From: an uncultured Candidatus Saccharibacteria bacterium
GTDB taxonomy: Bacteria; Patescibacteriota; Minisyncoccia; Phycocordibacterales; JAACPR01
NCBI GenBank assembly: GCA_964538855.1
Contig: CAZIEY010000001.1
Coordinates: 82,811-146,810 of the forward strand
Direction: 5' to 3'
Length of the DNA stretch: 64,000 nucleotides
Shown: positions 1-10,393 of the stretch, in pieces
Layout of the letters: every line of letters begins with the position of its first letter
How positions within the stretch are numbered: position 1 is the first letter of the stretch
Made by a program: the position numbers and the translations under genes
The notes under the pieces: generated by a model
The model's input: only the letters and a program-made list of their open reading frames with translations
The model's database searches: none
What the model was told of the DNA's origin: nothing

Positions 1-76
1 TAGAAGTTCTTAGTTCCAAAGATCCGTCAGAGAGTTCTTGAAATATATCTCTGAATTCAAAACGTTTTAAAGCCAT
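1..76 (-). CDS. N-terminus of a hypothetical protein running off the window edge
   Basis: ATG at 76, open frame MALKRFEFRDIFQELSDGSLELRTS to position 1; TATAAT upstream. Confidence 0.5.
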   Translation of the reverse strand, partial: MALKRFEFRDIFQELSDGSLELRTS

Positions 77-181
77 ATACTTGATATTATAATTTTATAC
101 CGTCTATTACAAGACTTGAATTATACTCAATATGTGATGTTAGTTGATATACTCCCTTAAGCAAATCGATGGGTATAACTT

Positions 182-814
182 TTATTTACTATCCAATTCG
201 TTCAATTGATTTTCTACAAGCTTAAAAATATACCCCCAAGTCGCATTTCGAAAACAAAGTTCAGAAAAAAGCTCAAATTGAGTCCTAATGTATTCAGGTT
301 TTATACCGACAGAAGATTTACCACTTACTATATAATTTGCGGCATTGGTTATATTTTGCTCGATATAATTTGAAAAAATGGGCGCTATTTGTGGAACAAC
401 AAAATATTCTTTTTTCAGAGAATCTATAGAAATAGAATCTATTCCAAGATTAGCATCCAAATAATCGCTTGCCTTTGTTAGCCTATCGATTCGAGATTCA
501 TTTTTATTATTCAAAATCTTTAAAAAGTTCTCGTCTTGTATTTTGGAGATCTTTCCAAACTTCTCTTCCACCAGTCTAAATAAGTAACCAAAAATCATGA
601 AAGATCTGTACAGATCCTTCATAGTAAACAGACCCAGGTCAGATTCTTTACCTAAAACATCTTTAAAATCTCGAGAAAAATATGATTCTTTTCTAGAGAA
701 AACATACTCCTGAACTTCAGCAAAACTAGATGTATTAAAATCACCAATAACCTTTTTACCACAATTAGCGCAATATTTACCGTTTGTAGGTTCTTGGCAA
801 TAAAAACATTTCAT
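182..814 (-). CDS. Hypothetical protein with N-terminal zinc ribbon
   Basis: CFYC..CANC at N-terminus; 210 aa, AT-rich. Confidence 0.65.
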   Translation of the reverse strand: MKCFYCQEPTNGKYCANCGKKVIGDFNTSSFAEVQEYVFSRKESYFSRDFKDVLGKESDLGLFTMKDLYRSFMIFGYLFRLVEEKFGKISKIQDENFLKILNNKNESRIDRLTKASDYLDANLGIDSISIDSLKKEYFVVPQIAPIFSNYIEQNITNAANYIVSGKSSVGIKPEYIRTQFELFSELCFRNATWGYIFKLVENQLNELDSK

Positions 815-855
815 GAATTTACTCTATCATTAAAATAATATTTAAGCACCCATCC

Positions 856-1614
856 TTATTCCACCTCCCACACAAACCCATTTCGGCTCCAAAACCAGAG
901 CGGCGAGTGCATATCGATGGGGTCGATGCCACTTGTGGCGAGCAACAATCGCCATCGCTCGGAAATCGCGTCTTTGGTGAGCGTGAGGGCTTCTTCTGCA
1001 GTGATGACGCCGAGCCGTATTGAACATTGCGTGATGTGTGTGTCCGGTGCAATTTCGATGTGGTCGCGATGCGTCAGGACGAGCTTGCCGTACGTGCTCA
1101 TAATAAACAACCAGTAATTAAAAATCTTTGGGCCGGAGAGATACGGAAAACCTTTTTTATGCACCACCTTCACCTGTTCTTTGAGGACGAGAAAGTCATT
1201 ACCTGTGGCTTCAAAAAATTTCGTGAATGAGCCCCAATTCGTCGCAATCGTCTGCGCGATAGTGCGCCAGGTGTGCACGTGTTTGTTCGGTTGAAGCGCG
1301 AGCTTGTATTTCAGGAGCGCCTGTCGCACATCGTCTTCGCTCGCCTCACTGACTTTTTTCACATCAAACACAAATCGAGTTTCTGGATCATTGTATGTTG
1401 TGAGCGCCGCTTCCCACAATTTGTAACTGTCCCGCTGATAGTTGAGCGCCATCGGCAACGTGAAATACGCGATTCGATTTTCGCTCTCGTTTTCCTTGAA
1501 GCCGGGATTTGCGTCCTCGGGCATCACCGTCTGACCGAGCTTGCCTGATTTGTAGGCGACGATGAGAGCACGGCAGGTTGTGTGGAGGTTAGATTTCATT
1601 GAGAAACTTCTCAT
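856..1614 (-). CDS. HhH-GPD superfamily DNA glycosylase-like protein
   Basis: FPYLSGPKIFNYWL (HhH with Lys) followed by IAPDTH (catalytic Asp-like). Confidence 0.65.
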   Translation of the reverse strand: MRSFSMKSNLHTTCRALIVAYKSGKLGQTVMPEDANPGFKENESENRIAYFTLPMALNYQRDSYKLWEAALTTYNDPETRFVFDVKKVSEASEDDVRQALLKYKLALQPNKHVHTWRTIAQTIATNWGSFTKFFEATGNDFLVLKEQVKVVHKKGFPYLSGPKIFNYWLFIMSTYGKLVLTHRDHIEIAPDTHITQCSIRLGVITAEEALTLTKDAISERWRLLLATSGIDPIDMHSPLWFWSRNGFVWEVE

Positions 1615-2003
1615 TAAATCCCTCGATGTTTTAAATCTTCCTCACTTTCAAATTCGAGATAATTCTGTGTCAACTCCTCTCCCTTTTTCACATCACGAGA
1701 TGCAACCAAATATACCTCGGTATGATTTAGATCTTGAGTTACAGTACCTTCGGGTAAGTGATTTATGAATTTCGAAACATCAAAATCGACATGCCAACGT
1801 TGTGAAGCCGCATCAAAGAAACCCCACCAACGAAATTCTTCTTTTTCTCTATCACTGAGAGAATCAAATTGTGCTTGGGTTAGATTCACATCCAAAAGAG
1901 GGCTTGCGGTATATATAAGCTGTCCTTTTTTCAAATCTTCATCTGCAAATAAACCAATACCGTGATGTTCTGACCTATCGAGTTTATATTTAATATGAAT
2001 CAT
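1614..2003 (-). CDS. SET domain protein-lysine methyltransferase
   Basis: HGIGLFA, SKFINH, ASRDVKKGEELTQNY motifs. Confidence 0.9.
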   Translation of the reverse strand: MIHIKYKLDRSEHHGIGLFADEDLKKGQLIYTASPLLDVNLTQAQFDSLSDREKEEFRWWGFFDAASQRWHVDFDVSKFINHLPEGTVTQDLNHTEVYLVASRDVKKGEELTQNYLEFESEEDLKHRGI

Positions 2004-2055
2004 ATAATTATTTTAAAATATGCCGAATCTTTGAATATACAATCCAATATAACAA

Positions 2056-2469
2056 TTACAACCCAAAAAAACCAATCAACGCACTGCCCACCCAACCAAT
2101 TGCAGACAAAGCACCCGACACCATCAATAGTCGGCGCTCTTCTGGGGCAAGTGCAGCATACGACGTGACAGTCGCTTTCATCATCAAGTTGTGAATGAAA
2201 AATCCATTCAATGCAATAGAGGCGACTAATGCTAATTTTGCATAGAACAACGGCTTTTCAAACCAGACGGCCCAATTCCCTGCAACAAGCACAATTCCAG
2301 ACACGATTAACAGAAAAAGTCCTGTCATCACTGCGCGATGAGCCCAGCGAATATGTCGAGCGTCGAGCGTTTGAACTCGTCCTGTAAAATAAGTAAAGCC
2401 CATATGATCGGCATAGATAATAGCCGGCACAACAAGCACAAAAAACGCAAAGTGTAATGTGGTGAACAT
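2056..2469 (-). CDS. Hypothetical 4-TM membrane protein
   Basis: Four hydrophobic segments, several His residues. Confidence 0.7.
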   Translation of the reverse strand: MFTTLHFAFFVLVVPAIIYADHMGFTYFTGRVQTLDARHIRWAHRAVMTGLFLLIVSGIVLVAGNWAVWFEKPLFYAKLALVASIALNGFFIHNLMMKATVTSYAALAPEERRLLMVSGALSAIGWVGSALIGFFGL

Positions 2470-2478
2470 ACAAATATA

Positions 2479-2991
2479 TTATCGCAATGAACCTATCCGA
2501 TAATTCGCCAAGATTTTTTCTGGTCGAGATTCTCCGCCGTGTTGACCTTCAAATTCAGATGAGCCGTCAGTTCCGCAGATTCTCAAAATTTTGCTGGAGC
2601 CTCCTGGATGCTTCGGAATATACGACGTCAAATCGTACACACCACCGTTGATTGCAGACCAACAACTTGTTCCATCACTATGAGCCGAGACTTCTGCCAT
2701 TGTAAACGAAGTTGGAGCCGGAGCCGGCGCTGGTGCTGGAGCAGGAGTAGGCGCCGGAGTTGGTTGTGGTGCAGGTGTAGGAGTTGGGGTCGACGCTGGT
2801 ACTGGAGCTGGTGTTGGTGCGGGAGTAGGTGTCGATGTTGATGTCGTCGGAGTTGGTGCAGTCACAATTGGCTCAACCATATTCATATCACCATCCAATA
2901 CACGTGTCGCTTGTGGTGCAATCGTAAAATACAGACCACTGGCCACAACGAAAATTCCTACTACTGATAAAATTAAATTTTTTGTATTCAT
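2479..2991 (-). CDS. Membrane-anchored cytochrome b5-like heme-binding protein with Pro/Thr/Ala linker
   Basis: FTMAEVSAH..CWSAINGGVYDLT..HPGG..QHG; N-terminal TM; start placed at the ATG just after TATAAT. Confidence 0.9.
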   Translation of the reverse strand: MNTKNLILSVVGIFVVASGLYFTIAPQATRVLDGDMNMVEPIVTAPTPTTSTSTPTPAPTPAPVPASTPTPTPAPQPTPAPTPAPAPAPAPAPTSFTMAEVSAHSDGTSCWSAINGGVYDLTSYIPKHPGGSSKILRICGTDGSSEFEGQHGGESRPEKILANYRIGSLR

Positions 2992-3017
2992 ACCTATATT
3001 ATACACCCGAGGTATTC

Positions 3018-4649
3018 CTACAACAAAATACGTAACGCATTTAATATCACCGTCACATCAATCGCTTCTTGGATAAAGGCGCCGACGACAGGGTTGATGT
3101 AACCGAGCGCGGCGAACACCATTCCGATAGTAGAGAGTGCGATTCCACCATACACACTTTGGCGAGCGATGCTCATTGTGCGGCGGGATGTCTTCATAAT
3201 GTATTCCAAGCGATCAATGCCGGAACCGAGCACTGCGATATCGGCCGCTTCTATTGCTGCACCATTTTCGCTGCCAGAAAAAACGATGCCGACATTTGCG
3301 GTTGCCAAAGCCGGCGCATCATTCACACCGTCACCAATCATCGCGACGACTTCGCCGCGCTGTTGCGCCTCGCGAACCAGACGCATTTTATCTGCGGGTG
3401 TCTGTTCCGCGTAAATTTTCATACGAGTATCGTTGAACAAATTTGTCGCGTGCGCCAATGTGTCGCCAGTAATCAGAGCAGACGTTGCGCCCCTTTCCGC
3501 AAGCGTCGTAATAAAATCTGCAGATCCGTGTTTCATCACATCGGAAAAAGCAAAGTTCGCGATTGTTGCATCGCCTCGCATCAAATGCGTTCCATCAAAT
3601 TTATATTCCGCACCATCAACACGTCCGGAAATTCCCTTGCCGATTTCTTCGTGTACATCGGTGGCGACTGGAAACGCGACATTTCGCCGACGAGCTTCGG
3701 CCACAATTGTCCGCGCACGCGGATGCAACGAATGAATTTCGAGCGCGGCTGCAATTCGCAAATCTATATCTGAAATTTTTGACACAAGCGCCGGCTCACC
3801 GAGCGTCAGTGTCCCCGTCTTATCAAAGAAAAAAGTTGTCGCGCTGTCGATCGATTCCAACGCCGAAGGTTTGCGCACAATAATTCCAGCCTTGGCGGCA
3901 CGCGACATTCCAGACACGAACGCAACTGGTGCGGCGATAATCAACGGGCACGGTGTTGCAATGACGAGCACGGCGAGAACTCGTCCCAATTCCCCAGTGT
4001 AGACATACGCACACGTTGCGAGAGCCACCGACAATCCTGTGAAATACGCATTCGCTCGCGCCGATAATCGCACCATACGAGCCGGATGAGTTCGGGCTTT
4101 TTCAACCACTTCGACAATTTTGTGATATGTGGATGTGGTGAAGTCGCCGGTGACGCGCATTTCGAATGCCTCACCTTTGTTAATCACGCCCGATTTAATG
4201 GAAGTGTCAGCAACGACTTCGACCACATCGCTTTCGCCCGTCAAATTCGCTGTGTCGAGCAACGCCCCGCGCGGCGATACCACCACGCCGTCGAGCGGAA
4301 TGATTTCTTGATGCTTGACCAAAATAATTGAGCCGTCATGAATTGATTGTAGAGGTGTGTCGACGAACATGTCGCCTTGTCGCACGGCGCACGTTTTTGG
4401 AATTGTATGTGCCAATTGAGACAGCGACGACGAAGCTTTACGAGTCGCATATCGCTCTAACGCCTCGCCTCCCAAAAACATCACCGCGATCACTGCGCCC
4501 GCAATATATTCCCCCGTCACAAGCGACAACACCATCGCCGCTGCTGCGATATAATCCAAACTGTATTCACCGCGTCGAATGTGTTGAAACGAATCTATCG
4601 CAATGCGAATGAGTCCGAGGCAGATGATGGGGATGAGGAATATTTCCAT
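3018..4649 (-). CDS. Heavy-metal P1B-type ATPase (TPCP/QExxD type)
   Basis: LTGES, ATPCPL, DKTGTLT, HP, GDGVNDAPAL, QEAID. Confidence 0.92.
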   Translation of the reverse strand: MEIFLIPIICLGLIRIAIDSFQHIRRGEYSLDYIAAAAMVLSLVTGEYIAGAVIAVMFLGGEALERYATRKASSSLSQLAHTIPKTCAVRQGDMFVDTPLQSIHDGSIILVKHQEIIPLDGVVVSPRGALLDTANLTGESDVVEVVADTSIKSGVINKGEAFEMRVTGDFTTSTYHKIVEVVEKARTHPARMVRLSARANAYFTGLSVALATCAYVYTGELGRVLAVLVIATPCPLIIAAPVAFVSGMSRAAKAGIIVRKPSALESIDSATTFFFDKTGTLTLGEPALVSKISDIDLRIAAALEIHSLHPRARTIVAEARRRNVAFPVATDVHEEIGKGISGRVDGAEYKFDGTHLMRGDATIANFAFSDVMKHGSADFITTLAERGATSALITGDTLAHATNLFNDTRMKIYAEQTPADKMRLVREAQQRGEVVAMIGDGVNDAPALATANVGIVFSGSENGAAIEAADIAVLGSGIDRLEYIMKTSRRTMSIARQSVYGGIALSTIGMVFAALGYINPVVGAFIQEAIDVTVILNALRILL

Positions 4650-4712
4650 ACATAAAGTATACCAACACATTCACACCTATACAAAAACATATTTTTTGCC
4701 ATAATATCGCGT

Positions 4713-5513
4713 ATGAACATGCTCGAGAAATTTGAAGCTTATAAAAAGATGCGCCGTGTATTCGATCAAAAAGACGAATCGGGTTTCACCTCGACGCACG
4801 AAATTGGAATCGACTACACAACGACCGAGAAGGGTTTGTTTTTGCCGGCAGAAACCGCGGTGATGTATCAATTACTGGACGACGCATTGAAGAGTGGGTT
4901 TATGAATCCTGCCCAACCTTTTGTTGATGCAGGTTCTGGTGACGCTCGGGTGAATCACATCGCAGCGCTGCTTGGTGTACGCACATCGATTGGTATTGAA
5001 TACGACGGCGACATCGTAGAAAAAAGTCGCGCACAAACAAAAGCGTTCGAGGACGCCGGCATCATTCCCGCTGGTCGCATCACATTATTGCAAGGCGACT
5101 TTACCGACACTGCGACGTACACACGACATGGCATAAATGTTCAGGACATTGGGACTTTTTTTAATTATGTAAACGGCTGGAAAAGTTTGCTCGATTTTAT
5201 TTCGACGCACGGCGCGGTCGGAACTAAATTAATTTTAATTGACGAGCAATACAATGTATCGAACAGAATTGTCGAAACCATCGGCGTACACCCAACACTC
5301 TCCATCACAGACACCGTCAAATATGTGTACGACGCGAAACGCGACACCTCTGAAAAATTAACTGACGAGAAGCTACATAAATTGCAAAAAATTGATGCAG
5401 AATTAACCTCACAACACATGCACTTAGACGCTTCGCACGCCGGCCAATTTGCAATTACCCCAAGAGATTACAGAGTCGTGACTGTGTATTTGTGTGAAAA
5501 GATACAGCAATAA
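4713..5513 (+). CDS. Class I SAM-dependent methyltransferase, DOT1-like
   Basis: FVDAGSGDARV..AALLG...IGIEY, LQGDF, FFNY motifs. Confidence 0.7.
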   Translation: MNMLEKFEAYKKMRRVFDQKDESGFTSTHEIGIDYTTTEKGLFLPAETAVMYQLLDDALKSGFMNPAQPFVDAGSGDARVNHIAALLGVRTSIGIEYDGDIVEKSRAQTKAFEDAGIIPAGRITLLQGDFTDTATYTRHGINVQDIGTFFNYVNGWKSLLDFISTHGAVGTKLILIDEQYNVSNRIVETIGVHPTLSITDTVKYVYDAKRDTSEKLTDEKLHKLQKIDAELTSQHMHLDASHAGQFAITPRDYRVVTVYLCEKIQQ

Positions 5514-5518
5514 ATAAA

Positions 5519-6697
5519 TTACGCCTCTGATAAATTTATCACACATGTCACCGCGACATTTGTTACGTTTGATGATGCCACGGTGCCTGAACCAGAAGTC
5601 ACCACACATGTCATAGCCGGAGAACTTGGTTGCGTGAGGACGGTGACTGAATACGATTGACCTGTAGTCAAAGAAGTCGCGAATGAAAATGCTCCGTTTC
5701 CGGAAATAGCCAAGTTATCACCACCATTATTTTGTAGTACCAAACCGGAACCAGATAAACCAGACACAGTACCTCCGACAGTATATGTAGCCAGTGCAAA
5801 CGTCGCAGTTACAGTCGTATCATCGGACATCGTCAACACACATGTACCAGTTCCAGAACAACTTCCACCAGACCAGCCAGTGAATGTAGAGCCGACTGCT
5901 GCAACAGCGGTTAATGTAACTTCGGTAATATTATCAAACACCCCTTCGCAGGTTGAGCCGCAATTAATGCCTGTAGGAGAACTGGTCACAGTACCAGAAC
6001 CGGTTCCAGCTCGGTTTACAGTCAACGTATATGTAATGAGCTCGAAATTCGCAGTGACAGTCGTGTCGTCGGTCAATGTCACGACACAGGCACCTGTTCC
6101 AGAACATCCTCCGCCAGACCAACCAGTAAACGTTGCGTTAGGTGCGACAACCACAGCGAGTGATACTGCGGTGTTATCATCGAAATCTTCGCTACAATTT
6201 TCAGAACACGAAATGCCCGCCGGTGTGCTTGTTATAAAGCCGTCACCAGAACCGGTAAAGTTAATACTCAGCGTATGGGTAGTTGGATCTGGCTCTGGTT
6301 CGGATGTACGATGAGAAGATCGCGAACCGCCTCTACGACGGACTGGTGGTGTAACTTCTGTCACTGTAGTAGTTGGATTTGAAATTTCGAGAATTTTTGC
6401 ACGAGTAATTGGCCCGACTGCACCCACCGGCGAAATGCCGTACGCAATTTGGAATGATACAACTGCGGCGCGTGTAAATGCACCGAAATATCCGGTCACT
6501 GTTGGATATGTAAAGTAACCGAGATTTTTTAAGAATTGTTGCAACGATGCGACTTGCTCGCCTTCGAGTCCGCCATATAAATCTGCGGTGATTGTAGGAT
6601 TTGGAGGAGTAACAGTTTGTGCGTGAACCGATGTATGTGATACCAATAGAGAACCAACCGCGATGAATGCTAATAAAAGTTTTTTATATAATGACAT
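5519..6697 (-). CDS. Secreted protein: peptidoglycan-binding domain plus divergent InlB B-like repeats
   Basis: Signal peptide; LQQFLKNLGYF..TGYFGAFTRAAVVSFQ; two TFTGWSGG.CSGTG.C repeats. Confidence 0.85.
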   Translation of the reverse strand: MSLYKKLLLAFIAVGSLLVSHTSVHAQTVTPPNPTITADLYGGLEGEQVASLQQFLKNLGYFTYPTVTGYFGAFTRAAVVSFQIAYGISPVGAVGPITRAKILEISNPTTTVTEVTPPVRRRGGSRSSHRTSEPEPDPTTHTLSINFTGSGDGFITSTPAGISCSENCSEDFDDNTAVSLAVVVAPNATFTGWSGGGCSGTGACVVTLTDDTTVTANFELITYTLTVNRAGTGSGTVTSSPTGINCGSTCEGVFDNITEVTLTAVAAVGSTFTGWSGGSCSGTGTCVLTMSDDTTVTATFALATYTVGGTVSGLSGSGLVLQNNGGDNLAISGNGAFSFATSLTTGQSYSVTVLTQPSSPAMTCVVTSGSGTVASSNVTNVAVTCVINLSEA

Positions 6698-6758
6698 GCG
6701 AAAATTATATCACCGTTTGGAAAGTGCGAAATGGGTTTATTCTGCGACTAGAGACACA

Positions 6759-7211
6759 CTATTTCTCCGCCAACTCTTTTAACGATTGCAATGCGCGCGG
6801 CCACATATCTTCAAACATAATTTTATAGTCGTCAGGAACATCGATGTCAATGAGAAGTTCTGTCGCACCGGCAGATTCCCGAAAGGTATAGTTTTCAAAC
6901 GCAGATGTCCATTGTTTGACAGCGTCACTTGTTGTATCTTCGACACCATTATTGATCATACCGAGATGCTCGATGGAAACAAATTCGTGTAAGCGGTTTT
7001 TAACGATGCGACTGGTCATACCACCTTCACCATTTCCATCAGGATTTGGACCGAGAAAAAGAATTTTTGAACCCTCGTCCCAACTGCCTTTGAAATACGA
7101 GCCGGGGTTAAACGCCGTAGTCCATTGTCGATATGTCGCGTCGGAAAGCATCGTGTTCCAGACCTTTTCGCGTGGTGCGTTGATTGTAATGGTGAAGTGA
7201 AGTTTTTGCAT
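6759..7211 (-). CDS. SRPBCC/AHSA1 domain protein
   Basis: ITINAPREKVW..YRQWT..WPRALQSLKELAE. Confidence 0.88.
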   Translation of the reverse strand: MQKLHFTITINAPREKVWNTMLSDATYRQWTTAFNPGSYFKGSWDEGSKILFLGPNPDGNGEGGMTSRIVKNRLHEFVSIEHLGMINNGVEDTTSDAVKQWTSAFENYTFRESAGATELLIDIDVPDDYKIMFEDMWPRALQSLKELAEK

Positions 7212-7268
7212 ACACAGTTGTATTATCTATTAACTATCTTATCATCTCATAATTTCCTCGTTCCCACA

Positions 7269-8006
7269 CTACAATAAATCAGCTATCAACGGGCGGTAAC
7301 CATTCATTGATTTCAGAAAAGATCGTATGTTATTTCCAGGAACAAAAACTAATTCTGACATCTCATCTTCTGCACGATGAGTAAATGCATCTACTGTTTG
7401 TTGTTGGGACAAGGTGAGCTCAACAAAAAATACCAGCAAAATATTCGATGAGGTAGATTGTACAATACCGAGACCTTGTAATGATGTAACCGAAGATTGT
7501 TCAATACCAGTCTCTTCAGTAATTTCTTTTATAACATTTTTCTCAAGATCAATTCCGCTCGAAATAGCAAATTCGTCTGGTTGTGCGCCACCCCCGATTA
7601 AATCAATAGTTCCATTTTTACGGCGTTTACCAAATATGTACACACCGTCTGATGTGCGAATGATAGCAGTAGTTGAGAGATGATACAAAGGTGTGACCCC
7701 ATACTGCTGATGTAGTGGCAACAAATCAACAAAGGTTGCGACATAACGATACGAGATAATCCCCAATTTCAAATGCAAAATTCTATCGTCTTCTATCTCT
7801 GATACATTCATTACCCGGTACTGAATCCCATCCCATATTTCCACACCAGCATTGTGAGCGAGTCGCTCTTTCTCCTTCCATGCTTCACGCACTTTTCCAT
7901 CATACACAGGGTGTGTAGTCCACACCGCATTTGGCAGACATTCGATTTTAATATCAGAAGCAGAAAACTTTTTAGAAAATAATGTCTTTGGTTGGTACAT
8001 GAACAC
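7269..8006 (-). CDS. NUDIX hydrolase with long N-terminal extension
   Basis: GGG....KEITEETGI Nudix box. Confidence 0.8.
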   Translation of the reverse strand: MFMYQPKTLFSKKFSASDIKIECLPNAVWTTHPVYDGKVREAWKEKERLAHNAGVEIWDGIQYRVMNVSEIEDDRILHLKLGIISYRYVATFVDLLPLHQQYGVTPLYHLSTTAIIRTSDGVYIFGKRRKNGTIDLIGGGAQPDEFAISSGIDLEKNVIKEITEETGIEQSSVTSLQGLGIVQSTSSNILLVFFVELTLSQQQTVDAFTHRAEDEMSELVFVPGNNIRSFLKSMNGYRPLIADLL

Positions 8007-8064
8007 GTATATTTACTACTACTCCACTTATCAACGCCATCTCACAATTCCCCTTCCGAACACC

Positions 8065-8514
8065 CTACACAAACAACCCCGCCACACCCGCAATCACCAT
8101 CAATGTCACCAAAATTTCCAAGATGTCAGAGAAGAATTTTTTCCACGCAATCGCGCGGTCGCAATTTCCCCACAAAATTGTTCCACCTACAGTCGGCACC
8201 ACAAAACAAAGCCACACAAACGCTACTAATCCGAGTGAAGCGCTGAATGACAGACCACCTTGCGTACCCACAGTAATAATTACGACCGTCGCAAATGCAG
8301 TGAGAAACGATAACACCATTTGCCCCGCGTACATTTTCGGCATCATTGGTTTTGCTTCGGCCATTTTTGCTTGCTGTTCTGCCGGCGTCAATTTATCGAA
8401 TCCCAAAAATCGCATGTGCAATTTCCCCACTGGAGTGGCGTTTGAATACCAAATTGTGCCGATAACTGCTGCGATGATTGCTCCGACGATTGAAAGAATG
8501 ATGATTGTGGTCAT
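8065..8514 (-). CDS. DUF1761-like membrane protein
   Basis: IGTIWYS motif, 4 TM segments. Confidence 0.75.
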   Translation of the reverse strand: MTTIIILSIVGAIIAAVIGTIWYSNATPVGKLHMRFLGFDKLTPAEQQAKMAEAKPMMPKMYAGQMVLSFLTAFATVVIITVGTQGGLSFSASLGLVAFVWLCFVVPTVGGTILWGNCDRAIAWKKFFSDILEILVTLMVIAGVAGLFV

Positions 8515-8531
8515 GTGTGTAGGTAGTTATG

Positions 8532-9596
8532 TTATTCAACTTTAAATAATTTGCTTTGTGCTGTAATACCCCTCACAATACCATCGTCATCAAGTTCAAG
8601 TGTTCCGGTTAAACCTTTTACAGAAGTATCATAAAGATTTTTGCGGAATTCTTCAGGATTACTACCCTTCTCCAAGGTCTTCAAAATAAAAGTCATTGCG
8701 TCGTAGCCAAGCGCAACAAATAGAGGTTGTGATGGTTCGGACTTATATTCTTCTTTGTACTTGCGGACAATTTCTTTGTATTCTTTAGATTCTTGATCCC
8801 AACCGAGGTAATACAATGGGAGGTTAATCTTTCCAGCATTACCAAGAAAGCCTGGACTCGTAAAACTCGCGAGCCCAAAGACAGTTGGTGCAAAATTAAG
8901 TTCGTCCGACTGTCGAATAAAGAAACCTGTTTCATCCCAACCGATCAAAAGGACAGTATCTACACCCAAATCCTTCATCTTGCTCACCACCGTTCTGAAA
9001 TCTGTAATGCCCGGTTGATATCCTTCAGTTAAAACAAGATTTCCTTTGAATTGCTCCTTAAACGCATTGACAATTAATTGAGTAAACGTCTCGCCTTGGT
9101 TATAAAAAACTGCAACCTTTTTGCCTCCAGAAGCTTCTATAGTTCTCGCAAAATTTGTACCGTGCCCATCAGCATAGTAACCAATACCTAAAAGATATTC
9201 ACCCGCTTTTGCAATCTCGCTGCTCGCATCAATACTGTTGGCTACGAAAATTTTATCTCCATCTGCCTTTGAAGCAAGTGCCATGATTCCATTATATGTA
9301 GGAGACATCATCATGAAGACATTTTCAGTCTTAAGTTTCTCGTATGCGCTGAGAGAATTTTTAGCAGTAAATTGATCATCTTCTGTACGTAAATCAATCA
9401 TTCCATTGCCGTGGTCTTTTATAGCTAACTGAATACCGCGCAAGTTTTGTTCTCCCAAAGAAGCTACTGGTCCTGAAAGTGGACCGAACCACCCGATAGA
9501 GACTTTGTCCCCTATTTTATCTGACCCTCTTTGATTTGTAACTATTAAAAGTGCGATTACTACGATTACAACTGCGGTTGTTAAAATTTTTTTCAT
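8532..9596 (-). CDS. ABC transporter substrate-binding protein (LivJ/branched-chain amino acid family)
   Basis: IGWFGPLSGPVASLG, EDDQ, ALGYDA, KGLTG. Confidence 0.88.
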   Translation of the reverse strand: MKKILTTAVVIVVIALLIVTNQRGSDKIGDKVSIGWFGPLSGPVASLGEQNLRGIQLAIKDHGNGMIDLRTEDDQFTAKNSLSAYEKLKTENVFMMMSPTYNGIMALASKADGDKIFVANSIDASSEIAKAGEYLLGIGYYADGHGTNFARTIEASGGKKVAVFYNQGETFTQLIVNAFKEQFKGNLVLTEGYQPGITDFRTVVSKMKDLGVDTVLLIGWDETGFFIRQSDELNFAPTVFGLASFTSPGFLGNAGKINLPLYYLGWDQESKEYKEIVRKYKEEYKSEPSQPLFVALGYDAMTFILKTLEKGSNPEEFRKNLYDTSVKGLTGTLELDDDGIVRGITAQSKLFKVE

Positions 9597-9640
9597 AAAA
9601 CCACTATACTAAAGGTTTAGGGATTTGTCGACATAGCAAC

Positions 9641-10339
9641 TTACGAAACGTTTACATTAAGATTTCTGCCGGCAAGCACCCTCTCCGCTCGCTCCACATC
9701 TTCAGGATAACCAATCGGAATCCAAAGCTGCTCTTCGACTACTGCCAAAGGATATTTGTCCTTGTAACGCATAATAATTTCCGGCATAAAGTACTCATTC
9801 TTGATTGGCGCTTCGGGATTATAATCAAAAATATGTTGATCGAGCACCATCGGGCCAGTGGCGACCAAGTTAGACGATGGTGACGTCGGCTTTTCTTCCA
9901 TGTCAGCAATAGTGCCGTCGGGATTTCGTACAATCACACCGAAACGTTCTGGAGTGTCGCTTGTCGTCGCGAGAATCGATCGACTAAACGAAACTGCACG
10001 GGCCAAATCTTGTGCACCATGAATATCATCAGCAAACATGAACAAGAAACGACCGCGAACGTATTGTTTGCACAACCAGAGCGCCTTGGCTGGCCCATTA
10101 ATTTCTGTCTGTTCTACATACGTAACTGGTCGGCCATGAAAAACATTTCCGCAATATTCGCGGATCATTTCACCTTTATACCCCGTCACAATAATAATTT
10201 CTTTGACGGCAGTTGGAAATGCTTCGACGATATGATCAAGCAACGTTTTCCCCGCAACTTTTACAAGCGGTTTAGGAATAGTATCGGTGAGCGGACGCAA
10301 TCTGGTACCCCTTCCTGCTGCTAAAATGACGCATTGCAT
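9641..10339 (-). CDS. Sugar-phosphate nucleotidyltransferase
   Basis: ILAAGRGTRLRPLTDTIPKPL, EKP motifs. Confidence 0.9.
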   Translation of the reverse strand: MQCVILAAGRGTRLRPLTDTIPKPLVKVAGKTLLDHIVEAFPTAVKEIIIVTGYKGEMIREYCGNVFHGRPVTYVEQTEINGPAKALWLCKQYVRGRFLFMFADDIHGAQDLARAVSFSRSILATTSDTPERFGVIVRNPDGTIADMEEKPTSPSSNLVATGPMVLDQHIFDYNPEAPIKNEYFMPEIIMRYKDKYPLAVVEEQLWIPIGYPEDVERAERVLAGRNLNVNVS

Positions 10340-10393
10340 ATATAAGAGACATAGTATCACATACCGCCTCTGGCTTCCACGCGTACGAAATAA

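Noticed and set aside
2713-2860. Short tandem repeats, possible CRISPR or VNTR
   Set aside because: They encode the Pro-Ala/Pro-Thr linker of the cytochrome b5 protein; no spacers or cas genes.
3069-3773. 234-aa + strand ORF and other long antisense ORFs over gyrB, pheT and dus
   Set aside because: Antisense shadows of well-supported genes with no recognisable motifs.
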